Numbered from the stretch's first letter, positions 1 through 8,631 are shown. The stretch is DNA of 49,714 bases from an uncultured Eubacteriales bacterium (GCA_900320995.1 ONUI01000001.1:1-49714), one strand, 5' to 3'. Translations and numbers: made by a program. The notes: a model not told the origin generated them from the letters alone.

Positions 1-24
1 TTTCAATACAGGAGGAAGAATTCT

Positions 25-1227
25 ATGAAAATATTAGTCATCAACGCCGGCAGCTCCAGCTTGAAGTATCAGCTGATCGATATGGATACCGAGCAGATGA
101 TCGCGAAAGGTAACTGCGAACGTATCGGTCAGGAGGGCTCCTTCATCGGTCATAAGACCGCCGACGGCCGTTCCTTCACCAAAGAGATCCCCATGCCCGA
201 TCACGCTAAGGCGTTTATCGCGGTCAGCGACGCGCTGCTTTCCGAAGAATACGGCGTTATCAAGAACCTTGACGAGGTCGCGGCGATCGGTCACCGTATC
301 GTCCAGGGCGGCGCTCTGTTCAGCGATCCCGAGCTGGTCACCGAAGAGGTCATCAAGGGCATCGAGAGTCTGATCCCGCTCGCGCCGCTCCATAACGCCG
401 GTCATGTACAGGCGATCCGCGGCTGTCAGCAGGTATTCGGCGACAAGATCCCGATGGTCGTCGTATTCGATACCGCGTTCCATTCCACCATGCCCGAAAA
501 GGCATATATGTACGCTGTTCCTTATGAGTATTATGAGAAGTACGCTGTCCGCCGTTACGGCGCTCACGGCACCTCTCACCGCTTTGTATCCGGCGCGATG
601 GCGGATCTGATGGGCAAGGACATAAAGGATCTCAAGCTCATCACCTGCCATATCGGCAACGGTTCTTCTATCACCGCTGTTCAGAACGGTAAGGTTATCG
701 ACACTTCTATGGGTCTGACGCCGCTCGACGGTATCTTGATGGGTACCCGCTCCGGCTGTCTCGATCCCTCCGTCGTCACCTTTATCGCTGAGAAAGAGGG
801 CTTCACTCCGCAGGAGATGAACACCCTGCTCAATAAGAAATCCGGTCTTTTGGGTATCTCCGGCATTTCCAGCGACGACCGCGATGTGACCAAGGCTGAG
901 GAAGAGGGCAATCACCGTGCCGCGCTGGTACATCAGATGCTGTATTATCAGATCGCGAAGTACATCGGTCAGTATTGGGTCGCTATGGGCGGCTGTGACG
1001 GTATCGTGTTCACCGCGGGCTTAGGCGAGAATCAGCCTGCTCTGCGTGAAGGCGTCGTCGATTACCTTGCGTTTGCCGGTGTGAAGCTGAACAAGGAAGT
1101 CAACGCAAAGACCCGCGATACCGCATTCATCTCTGCCGAAGATTCCTCTATTCCTGTTGCTGTTATCGCAACCAACGAGGAACTGGCGATCGCGCGCGAC
1201 ACCAAGTCGATCGTAGAAAAGCTGTAA
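25..1227 (+). CDS. ackA: acetate kinase
   Basis: MKILVINAGSSSLKYQL start, GHRIVQGG, APLHN, RRYGAHGTSH, TNEEL motifs; GGAGG RBS. Confidence 0.97.
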   Translation: MKILVINAGSSSLKYQLIDMDTEQMIAKGNCERIGQEGSFIGHKTADGRSFTKEIPMPDHAKAFIAVSDALLSEEYGVIKNLDEVAAIGHRIVQGGALFSDPELVTEEVIKGIESLIPLAPLHNAGHVQAIRGCQQVFGDKIPMVVVFDTAFHSTMPEKAYMYAVPYEYYEKYAVRRYGAHGTSHRFVSGAMADLMGKDIKDLKLITCHIGNGSSITAVQNGKVIDTSMGLTPLDGILMGTRSGCLDPSVVTFIAEKEGFTPQEMNTLLNKKSGLLGISGISSDDRDVTKAEEEGNHRAALVHQMLYYQIAKYIGQYWVAMGGCDGIVFTAGLGENQPALREGVVDYLAFAGVKLNKEVNAKTRDTAFISAEDSSIPVAVIATNEELAIARDTKSIVEKL

Positions 1228-1228
1228 T

Positions 1229-1284
1229 AGCCTCCCTTTTCTGAGGGAGCTGTCTGTAGACGCTTGCGTCTTGCGGACTGAGGG
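1229..1284 (+). repeat. palindromic element family C (GCCTCCCTTT..AGGGAGCTGTC...GACTGAGGG)
   Basis: matches copies at 3375/3482, 6701, 17847, 23618, 30307, 30857. Confidence 0.8.
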
Positions 1285-1312
1285 TCGCCGACCTTCGTAA
1301 TAAAGAATGAAT

Positions 1313-1348
1313 CCGTCCTTGACTGTTTTAGTTGAGGACGGTTTTTTT
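1313..1348 (+). terminator. intrinsic terminator of ackA
   Basis: CCGTCCTTGAC/GTTGAGGACGG stem followed by T7. Confidence 0.85.
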
Positions 1349-1552
1349 CTGCGCGAACAAGTGTCAACAAATGTTAACAAAAAAAGCAATTGGTTTTTTT
1401 GTAAAGCAAAATAAGCTAAGAGAAAGAAAAGATAAAGAATAAAGAAAAGACAATGATAATGAAATGAAATGAGAAAGCTAAAAAGAATACAAAACCGTTT
1501 GATTCCTTAACAAATCAACATGTTTTCCACATAGTTATCAACATATATAAAT

Positions 1553-1736
1553 TGTCATTGCGAGGACTTTAGTCCGTGGCAATCTCAACCGAGTGAAGGT
1601 TGTCAGACTATAATAATCCCAAGCAAAAACAGGACGATCATTGTCGTCCTGTACTCAGTTCATATCATTACATTATTTGTTATTGCGAGGGTTAATAGAC
1701 CTGTGGCAATCTCAACCTTATTAGTCATTGCGAGGG
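1553..1736 (+). repeat. palindromic element family A (TGTCATTGCGAG...GTGGCAATCTCAACC): copies 1553-1592, 1678-1717, partial 1724-1736
   Basis: conserved ends with a variable internal hairpin; many copies across the window. Confidence 0.85.
1625..1652 (-). terminator. intrinsic terminator of mod/moa operon
   Basis: ACAGGACGA stem; T-tract on minus strand. Confidence 0.7.
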
Positions 1737-1740
1737 ATCG

Positions 1741-2304
1741 CTATATGGGGTCCCCCACAACTCCCCGAGTTGTGGGGAGAGGAGGAACCGCCACGCGGTG
1801 CGAAGGCTTGCCGTTAGGTGAGCCTGCACAAGCTCGGCGAGTGACGACGAGCATATCCAAACCGTGTCCGAGGTGGGGGAGGATGAAGCCCAGATTTTCC
1901 GTCGCGCCTTTGGGTGAGCCGGGCAGGTTGATGATCAGGCTCGTTTCTCGAATCCCCGCAACGCCTCTCGACAGCATCCCTCTCGGTGTGATTTCCATGC
2001 TTTTTTGCCGCATATATTCGGCGATACCCGGCGCTTCACGCTCAATGACCTCTTTGGTCGCCTCGGGGGTGATATCGCGCGGCGCAAAGCCTGTGCCGCC
2101 GGTGGTGATGATCAGATGAACGCCCTTGTCACAGCGGTCGATCAGGGCGCTTTTGATCTTATTTTTCTCGTCGGGAATGATAATGCGATCAAGCACCTGA
2201 TAACCCTGCTCTTTGAGCAGTTCCGCGATCATGGGACCGCTTTTGTCCTCGTAGATTCCGTTTGCGGCTCTGTCGCTGATCGTGATAACGGTTGCTGTAT
2301 ACAT
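1741..2304 (-). CDS. mogA: MogA/MoaB-family molybdopterin adenylyltransferase; C-terminus supplied by a repeat element
   Basis: TISDR, EDKSGP, TTGGTGFAPRDITPEAT, NLPGSP motifs. Confidence 0.9.
   Translation of the reverse strand: MYTATVITISDRAANGIYEDKSGPMIAELLKEQGYQVLDRIIIPDEKNKIKSALIDRCDKGVHLIITTGGTGFAPRDITPEATKEVIEREAPGIAEYMRQKSMEITPRGMLSRGVAGIRETSLIINLPGSPKGATENLGFILPHLGHGLDMLVVTRRACAGSPNGKPSHRVAVPPLPTTRGVVGDPI
1746..1851 (+). repeat. palindromic element family D (TGGGGTCCCC-hairpin-GGGGAGAGGAGGA...GACGACGAG)
   Basis: second copy at 47475-47578 with covarying stem. Confidence 0.75.
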
Positions 2305-2340
2305 GATTCATTCTCCTTGTTGCCTTCCCCTTGAGGGCGT

Positions 2341-3357
2341 CTATTTCCCGAACGGACAGTGAGGATAGGTACAAATGTCACATCCAAGGCATAATCCGCC
2401 TTCGCCGTAGCTGACGAAATCAGCCTTGCTCTGCTTCACATCTGCAATGATACGGGGCAGAACCAGATCAAATACGGTCGTTTTGGCGTACATCACACAG
2501 CCGGGCAAGCCCATGATCGGTGTGCCGTCCTCAAAATAGCCCAAGAGGAACATTGCGCCGGGGAGTACCGGTGCGCCGTAGGTGACGATATCCGCGCCGC
2601 TTGCCTTGATCGCGCCGGGCGTGCGGTCATCAGGGTCGACACTCATGCCGCCTGTGCAAAGGATCATATCCGCCTTGCCTTTGACGGCGTTGATCGCCTT
2701 CACGATCGCATCCGTGCCGTCGTCTACGGTCAGATGCTCGGTGACGATGACGTCAAACGCGCGTAGCTTTTTGATCAATACGGGCGTGAACTTGTCCTCG
2801 ATCCTGCCGTGGAACACCTCGCTGCCTGTCGTGATGACGGCGGCGGTCTTGCGCGTATAGGGCAGGACGCTCATGATGGGGCTATTTCCGACGATCAACT
2901 TGGCGCGGTCGAGCTTCTCTTTCTCGATGACAAGCGGGATGACGCGTGTACCCGCGAGCTTATCGCCCTTGCGGACAGCGGTAAATCCCTTTCTGGTGGC
3001 GATCATTAATTCTTTTATAGAATTAACAGCGTTCAAGCACTCTCTGTCAAGGGTAAAGAGTCCGTCGATCTCGGAGGATAGCTCGATCTTGCCCTCTTTG
3101 ACCTCACCGCGGCTGATATTGTCGCCCTTGCAGAGCTGACACAGGATCTCCGCCGCGTCATTCTCATGCAGCTTGTATTCGTCCATCTCAAAGATATAGA
3201 GGTTTTCTTTGCCCATGCTCAGCAGGACGGGGATATCCTCTTCGGTGACGACATGCCCCTTGCGAAAGCGCGCGCCCTTGTATTTGCCGGGGATGATCTG
3301 CGTCATATCGTGGCACAGAACCTGCCCGACAGCTTCGGTTGTTTTGATGAGTTTCAT
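2341..3357 (-). CDS. MoeA-like molybdopterin-binding protein
   Basis: TTGSEV, TGGMSVDPDD, PVLPG, GLPGCV, C-terminal CxxCxxCxxPxC; start set at MKLIK with AGGAG RBS. Confidence 0.85.
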   Translation of the reverse strand: MKLIKTTEAVGQVLCHDMTQIIPGKYKGARFRKGHVVTEEDIPVLLSMGKENLYIFEMDEYKLHENDAAEILCQLCKGDNISRGEVKEGKIELSSEIDGLFTLDRECLNAVNSIKELMIATRKGFTAVRKGDKLAGTRVIPLVIEKEKLDRAKLIVGNSPIMSVLPYTRKTAAVITTGSEVFHGRIEDKFTPVLIKKLRAFDVIVTEHLTVDDGTDAIVKAINAVKGKADMILCTGGMSVDPDDRTPGAIKASGADIVTYGAPVLPGAMFLLGYFEDGTPIMGLPGCVMYAKTTVFDLVLPRIIADVKQSKADFVSYGEGGLCLGCDICTYPHCPFGK

Positions 3358-3374
3358 GGTATTATCTCCTAAAA

Positions 3375-3512
3375 GGCTCCCTTTGGTATGAGGAGTTATC
3401 CAAATCTTTGATTTGGTACATAACTCCCATGCAACAGCGCTCCAAGAGCAGATTTTCTGCGATTGGTATAGCGCCACTGCTAAGGGAGCTGACAACGAAA
3501 GTTGACTGAGGG
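3375..3512. repeat. family C element with about 95 nt of extra hairpins inserted in its loop
   Basis: GGCTCCCTT (3375) ... AAGGGAGCTGAC..GACTGAGGG (3482-3512) enclosing two stems. Confidence 0.65.
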
Positions 3513-3542
3513 ATTGTATACTTGTTTGAGCGAATGCGAGTA

Positions 3543-3992
3543 TCAGATAATAATATGATCACCCGATTTGATAGTACCGCCCTTGCGGACGATAGCAAAG
3601 ATGCCCTCGGTGGGCATGACGCATTTGCCGGTGAGCTTCTTGATCTCGCAGTCATTGTGACATTCTTTGCCGATCTGGGTGACTTCTAATTCCGCTTCAC
3701 CGATCGTCAATATCGTACCGATCGGCAGGCCTTTCAGCTCGATCCCCTTGGTGAGGATGTTTTCTGCAAAATCGCCGGGATTCAGCTCGATGCCGAGCGC
3801 GCGCATTTTATCGACGCTTTCTTCGGCGAGCAAACTGACCTGTCGGTGTCGGTATGATAAGGGCGTATCGGCGTTTACCGCGTGAGCGTCACCGATGATC
3901 CCGCAGTTTTCCAGTAGAGTGATCGAGGGGACAGGATGCTTGCGAATTCCCTTCTTTTCACTGATACAGGTCGCCGTGACGATCCCTTTCAT
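3543..3992 (-). CDS. MOSC domain protein (sulfur carrier)
   Basis: GIIGDAHA, HRQVSLL, PGDFAEN, TQIGKECH...C..P.EGIF. Confidence 0.9.
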   Translation of the reverse strand: MKGIVTATCISEKKGIRKHPVPSITLLENCGIIGDAHAVNADTPLSYRHRQVSLLAEESVDKMRALGIELNPGDFAENILTKGIELKGLPIGTILTIGEAELEVTQIGKECHNDCEIKKLTGKCVMPTEGIFAIVRKGGTIKSGDHIII

Positions 3993-4453
3993 CGTTCATA
4001 CACCCCGCTTTTTCCGCCGCTTTTGTAGCTTAGACGAATGTTTTGTATCTCGATATCCCGCTGTACCGCCTTGCACATATCGTAAATAGTCAGCGCGGCG
4101 GTGCTGACAGCGGACAACGCCTCCATCTCAACGCCTGTATTGCCCTTGCATTTGACGGCGGCATGGATATGGATCTCCGTTTCGGTCAATTCAAAGGTGA
4201 TATTCACGCCGGTGAGCATCAGCGGATGGCACATCGGGATGTTATCGGAGGTTTTCTTTGCCGCCATGACGCCCGCGACCTGCGCGACCGCGAGAACGTC
4301 GCCCTTTTTGATACCGCCGCTTTTGATCAGTGCCATCGTATCAGGGTTGACGGCGACGGTACCCTCGGCGATCGCCTCGCGAAAGGTGCTGTCTTTTTCG
4401 GTCACGTCCACCATTTTGGCGCGACCCTGTTCATTGATGTGAGAGAATTCCAT
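3989..4453 (-). CDS. moaC: cyclic pyranopterin monophosphate synthase
   Basis: MVDV, KKGDVL, IPMCHP, TGVEMEAL, YDMCKA, KSGGKSG. Confidence 0.97.
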   Translation of the reverse strand: MEFSHINEQGRAKMVDVTEKDSTFREAIAEGTVAVNPDTMALIKSGGIKKGDVLAVAQVAGVMAAKKTSDNIPMCHPLMLTGVNITFELTETEIHIHAAVKCKGNTGVEMEALSAVSTAALTIYDMCKAVQRDIEIQNIRLSYKSGGKSGVYER

Positions 4454-4454
4454 C

Positions 4455-5405
4455 TTATCCTCCGATCTCGTTCATATAGCGTGCGGTGGAATCTCCTGTC
4501 AAGCCGAATCGGTGACTTTCGGGCTTTTGCAGGATACCGTTTTTGATCGCCTCTGTCAGCGCTTCACCCTGTAAGCCTCTCAGGTCGATTTCCTGATCCG
4601 AGTGCAGGCATGGTTTCAGCCTGCCGTCCGCCGTGACGCGGATCTTGTTGCATGAGGGGCAAAAGCTGTTCGACATCGGACAGATCAGCCCGATGGTGCC
4701 CTTGTGATCGGGCAGGTGATAGACCCGCGCGACGCCGTTGATCTTGAGCAGCTCGGCGTTGTGCAAATAACCCTCTATCGCCGCGGTCGTCATAAACCGA
4801 CTGCTGTCCCAGTTCTTTGCGACGCCCAACGGCATCAGCTCAATGAAGCGCACATGGATGGCGTGATCCTTGGTGAGGTTGATAAAATCATACAACTCCT
4901 TGTCGTTGATGCCTTTGAGCAGTACGGTGTTGATCTTGATATTGTCAAAGCCCGCTTTTTGCGCCGCTTTGATACCGCAGAGCACATCTTTCGGATCGCC
5001 GCCGCGGGTGATACGGCTGAATGTTTCGGGATGCATGCTGTCGAGGCTGATATTCAAGCGGTCAACGCCCGCGTCCTTCAACTCACTCGCCATCGTCGAT
5101 AAGAAAGAACCGTTGGTTGTGATACCCAGCTCGATTCCGCTGTCGATCGCTTTGATGTTGCGGCACAGAGAAATGATCCCTTTCCTGACGAGCGGTTCAC
5201 CGCCCGTTAAGCGAACCTTGCTGATACCCAGCCGGTGTGATGAGCGGACGATCTCGGTCATCTCTTCGATGCTGAGCATATCCGCGTGACTTTTCTTGCA
5301 TACGCCCTCTTCCGGCATACAGTAGATACAGCGGTAGTTGCACAGATCGGTGACGGATAGCCGCAGATATTGGATTGTTCTTCCAAAGCTGTCTTGTATG
5401 ATCAT
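4455..5405 (-). CDS. moaA: GTP 3',8-cyclase (radical SAM)
   Basis: YLRLSVTDLCNYRCIYCMP, FCxxCN..R, C-terminal IGG. Confidence 0.97.
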   Translation of the reverse strand: MIIQDSFGRTIQYLRLSVTDLCNYRCIYCMPEEGVCKKSHADMLSIEEMTEIVRSSHRLGISKVRLTGGEPLVRKGIISLCRNIKAIDSGIELGITTNGSFLSTMASELKDAGVDRLNISLDSMHPETFSRITRGGDPKDVLCGIKAAQKAGFDNIKINTVLLKGINDKELYDFINLTKDHAIHVRFIELMPLGVAKNWDSSRFMTTAAIEGYLHNAELLKINGVARVYHLPDHKGTIGLICPMSNSFCPSCNKIRVTADGRLKPCLHSDQEIDLRGLQGEALTEAIKNGILQKPESHRFGLTGDSTARYMNEIGG

Positions 5406-6097
5406 TTCAGATCCTCATATTGTTTCTTTATCTTTTGATAGTAGATCCCGGAATCGATTGTTACCTGTGTGACGCCGTCCGTGATGGGAGAGACTTCGGC
5501 GCATAGCTGCCGCACCTCATCGATATCGTGCGATACCATGATCGTTTCTCCGCCGAAATCCCCGATGATATCACGAATATAGGGGATCAGCTGATATTTG
5601 AGCAGGGTGTCGAGTGAGGAGAACGGTTCGTCCAGCAGCAGTACCTCGGGTGACGAGGCGAAGATCCGCGCTAAGGCGACACGCTGTTTTTCACCGCCCG
5701 AAAGGCTGTCGGGGCGGCGGTTCTCCAGTCCGCTGAGCCGGAATCGTTCGATCAGCTCATGCAGCCTTTGTTCACGCTTTGCTTTCGGCAGCTTTCGCAT
5801 ACCCGCCGCGATATTGCCGCTGACGGTCATGTTCGGGAACAAGGCGTATTCCTGAAACAGATAGCCGACCCTGCGCTTCTGCGGCGGCAGATCGATGCGC
5901 TTTTCACTGTCGAATAAGATCCTATTGTTTAATCGTATCACACCTTTATCGGGCTTTTCAATACCGGAGATACATTTGAGTGTTATGCTTTTACCCGCGC
6001 CGGACGCGCCGAATAGGGCGAGAGTATTGTGATCGCATCGGAATCTCGCTTTCAGCGTAAAGCGGTCAAGGCGCTTTTCGATATCCACATACAGCAT
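5402..6097 (-). CDS. modC: molybdate ABC transporter ATPase (no TOBE domain apparent)
   Basis: GASGAGKS, LSGGEKQR, LLLDEP; start at 6097 overlaps modB stop (TAATG). Confidence 0.88.
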   Translation of the reverse strand: MLYVDIEKRLDRFTLKARFRCDHNTLALFGASGAGKSITLKCISGIEKPDKGVIRLNNRILFDSEKRIDLPPQKRRVGYLFQEYALFPNMTVSGNIAAGMRKLPKAKREQRLHELIERFRLSGLENRRPDSLSGGEKQRVALARIFASSPEVLLLDEPFSSLDTLLKYQLIPYIRDIIGDFGGETIMVSHDIDEVRQLCAEVSPITDGVTQVTIDSGIYYQKIKKQYEDLK

Positions 6098-6661
6098 TAC
6101 GAGCGCCTCCTTTGCGGCTTTTCGAGCAGATTGATGACCAACAGGACGACGGCAGAGATGGCGATGTTGATCAGCACCCATTTGATCGCCAGTTCATCGT
6201 TGCCGGTGCGCCAGAGCTGATAGACGGCGGTGGACACGGTGGCGGTCTTGCCGGGCGTGTAGCCCGCGATCATGGAGGTCGCGCCGTCCGAGCGTCCTGC
6301 CCGCGTCGGCTAAGTTTTCATCGAATCGCTCAAACGCGCCGCGTGCCGTGCGGTACATCAGCGGGAATACGATGACGGATACGGCGAAGATCGCCGACCA
6401 CCACTGCATGGTCAGTCGGATATCCCAGTTTTCCAAAAAGAATTCTCCGACAGGTCGCTTGGGACCCAACACGAGCAGTAACAGATAACCCACCACCGTC
6501 GGCGGCAAAACCAGCGGCAGTGTGAAGATGACGTCCAGTATTCCTTTTAATACGCGCGGCAGCTTGGCGATATAATACGCCGCCGCGATCCCGAGCAAAA
6601 AGACGATGATCGCCGCGATCGCCGCGATTCTGAGGGAATTGTATAGGGGATATAAGTCCAT
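6097..6661 (-). pseudogene. modB: molybdate ABC permease with internal deletion and frameshift
   Basis: N-part LPLVLPPTVVGY...AGRTLG, then frame change near 6286 to GATSMIAGYTPGKTAT...LEKPQRRRS*; 565 nt is not a multiple of 3. Confidence 0.85.
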
Positions 6662-6681
6662 GTTGACTCCTAAACCATGTT

Positions 6682-6858
6682 AGTTATTGCAAGGCAGAAA
6701 GCCTCCCTTTCCTAAGGGAGGTGGTGCGAAGCACCGGAGGGTTGTCATATGCCAGTAATCATTACATGACGCTTTTGACGTTGCAGCAATCTCAATCGAT
6801 ATTCAATGTCATTGCGAGGGTGAACACGCGTGTTTAATCCCGTGGCAATCTCAACCGA
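6682..6858 (+). repeat. mosaic of partial A, family C (6701-6744), degenerate A, and full A (6807-6858)
   Basis: direct motif matches; fills the modA-modB intergenic region. Confidence 0.8.
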
Positions 6859-6859
6859 T

Positions 6860-7693
6860 TTACTTGGAGAGCGGCGTAAAGCCGACGCCTTCAAATACCT
6901 TGGACGCTTCCTCCGTCTGCAAGTAGGTAAGAAAGGCTTTTGCCTCCTGTGCGTGAGCGGTCTTGCTCAGTACGGCGGCGGGGTAGATGACCTGTCCGCA
7001 CATTTCCTCGGTGGCGATATCGGCGACCTTGAGCTTGGCAGAGTACGCGTCGGTCTGATAGATGATACCGCAGTCAACGGTGCCCTCGCTGATCTGAGTG
7101 GTGACCTCCTTGACGTTGGAGCCGTAGGTGAGAACACCTTTTTCCTTCAAAGCGCTCTCGTCCAACCCGTAATAGGTGAAGATCTTCTGCGTGTACTGTC
7201 CGACGGGCACATCCTCGTTGCCGATCGTCATCAGGATATCGCCCGCTTCAAGGTGAGATTTCATATCAGCGTAGCTTTGGATGCCGGATTTGGAATTCTC
7301 GGCGACACAGAGCGCGACCTTGTTTTCGAGAAGATCAAGGCGGGTATCCTTGTCGATGTAGCCGCCTTCCTCCAGTCCGTTCATTTGCTTTTGCGCCGCG
7401 GAGATGAAGAGATCGCAGACAGCGCCTTCCTCGATCTGGGTTTTCAGCGTGCCGGAGGAATCGAAGTTATAGGTGATCTCAATTTCGGGATGTGAAGTCT
7501 GATAAGTCTTTTTAAGACTTTCGAGCGTTTCGGTCATGCTTGCCGCGGCAAATACGACGATCTCGATCTTGTCGGCGGATCTTTCGTCTGCGGTAGCGAC
7601 TGTCGTTTCATTCGTGCTTTGTTGTTGATTACACGCGCAAAGAATGGCGGTAAGCATCAATGCGGATAATACCAGCGCAAAGAACTTTTTCAT
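6860..7693 (-). CDS. modA: molybdate ABC substrate-binding lipoprotein
   Basis: lipobox ILCAC, FAAASM, SSGTL, DLFISA, VPVGQY, IYPAA. Confidence 0.93.
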   Translation of the reverse strand: MKKFFALVLSALMLTAILCACNQQQSTNETTVATADERSADKIEIVVFAAASMTETLESLKKTYQTSHPEIEITYNFDSSGTLKTQIEEGAVCDLFISAAQKQMNGLEEGGYIDKDTRLDLLENKVALCVAENSKSGIQSYADMKSHLEAGDILMTIGNEDVPVGQYTQKIFTYYGLDESALKEKGVLTYGSNVKEVTTQISEGTVDCGIIYQTDAYSAKLKVADIATEEMCGQVIYPAAVLSKTAHAQEAKAFLTYLQTEEASKVFEGVGFTPLSK

Positions 7694-7745
7694 GATAGAT
7701 CGACCTTTCATTTTCTATTACATATATAATAGCATTAACTGATGG

Positions 7746-7774
7746 TTGACACAATCAAGACCGTACCGTATAAT
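7746..7774 (+). promoter_or_regulatory. sigmaA promoter of IclR gene
   Basis: perfect TTGACA-17 nt-TATAAT. Confidence 0.85.
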
Positions 7775-7783
7775 AGAATTATC

Positions 7784-7800
7784 ATTCAGTAATACGGAAT
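7784..7800. promoter_or_regulatory. candidate IclR operator
   Basis: 17-bp palindrome ATTCAGTAATACGGAAT (one mismatched pair) just downstream of the -10. Confidence 0.5.
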
Positions 7801-7811
7801 ACGGTGATAGA

Positions 7812-8585
7812 ATGATGGATGAAAAAGGAAAAGTAAAAAGCCTGTCAAAGGCGATCGATCTGTTGGATATTTTATGTACGGCACGGCGCGGATTGAGCCT
7901 GAGCGAATTATCCGAACGCTCCGGTTATCCTAAAAGTACCACTCACGCGCTCGCTTCCACTCTGCGTGACAGGGGATTACTGCGTCAACTCCAAAACGGC
8001 GATTACGCTTTGGGGTTGCGGCTGTTCGAGTACGGCTCGGCGGTGTCGAGGGGCTTTGACATCAGCGAACTGTCGCGACCGTACTTGGAGAGCCTGAGCT
8101 CCCTGACCGGCGCGAACTCCGTCATCAGTCTGCTCGACGGCGAAAGTGCGGTATCCTTTGATTACGCCGTCAGTTCCTCCGGTGTGCAGATCCTGCCCGA
8201 GATCGGCGTCAGACTGCCGCTCCACTGTACTTCGCAGGGCAAGCTGATGCTGGCGTATCTGCCGCAAAGCAGGGTATTGTCGTTGTTTCGTCGTCAGCCG
8301 ATGCGCCAATACACACGGCATACGATCACCGATATAGAAGCATTGAAAACGCAGTTGTCTGATATTTGTCAAAAGGGTTATGCCGTAGAGGACGGCGAAT
8401 ATAAGGTGGGCTTGCGGTCGGTCTCAGCGCCTGTATTCGACGCGAACGGCGAGTTAAAATACGCGTTGACCACGATCGGTTTCTTTCGCCGCGTCAGCGC
8501 CGATGATTTTGTCAACGCCGTCAAGGTGACCGTCGATCAGGCGAAGATGCTGTCTAACGCATTGGGTTATTCTAATAGAAACTGA
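7812..8585 (+). CDS. IclR-family transcriptional regulator
   Basis: VKSLSKAIDLL HTH, PLHCTSQGK, GYAVEDGE, SVSAPVFD. Confidence 0.93.
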   Translation: MMDEKGKVKSLSKAIDLLDILCTARRGLSLSELSERSGYPKSTTHALASTLRDRGLLRQLQNGDYALGLRLFEYGSAVSRGFDISELSRPYLESLSSLTGANSVISLLDGESAVSFDYAVSSSGVQILPEIGVRLPLHCTSQGKLMLAYLPQSRVLSLFRRQPMRQYTRHTITDIEALKTQLSDICQKGYAVEDGEYKVGLRSVSAPVFDANGELKYALTTIGFFRRVSADDFVNAVKVTVDQAKMLSNALGYSNRN

Positions 8586-8596
8586 TCATGATATGT

Positions 8597-8631
8597 AAAA
8601 AGCTGCTTCCCTTTTGGAGGCAGCTTCTTTT
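8597..8631. terminator. bidirectional terminator
   Basis: AAGCTGCTTCC/GGAGGCAGCTT stem with A and T tracts between convergent genes. Confidence 0.75.

Noticed and set aside
3361-3540. Canonical Moco riboswitch
   Set aside because: The conserved features of the Moco RNA motif were not recognisable by eye, and the outer stem matches repeat family C. Kept only as an unassigned structure.
6194-6661. 155-aa ORF as a complete gene
   Set aside because: It is the frameshifted 5' part of modB; the native 3' part continues in another frame to 6097.
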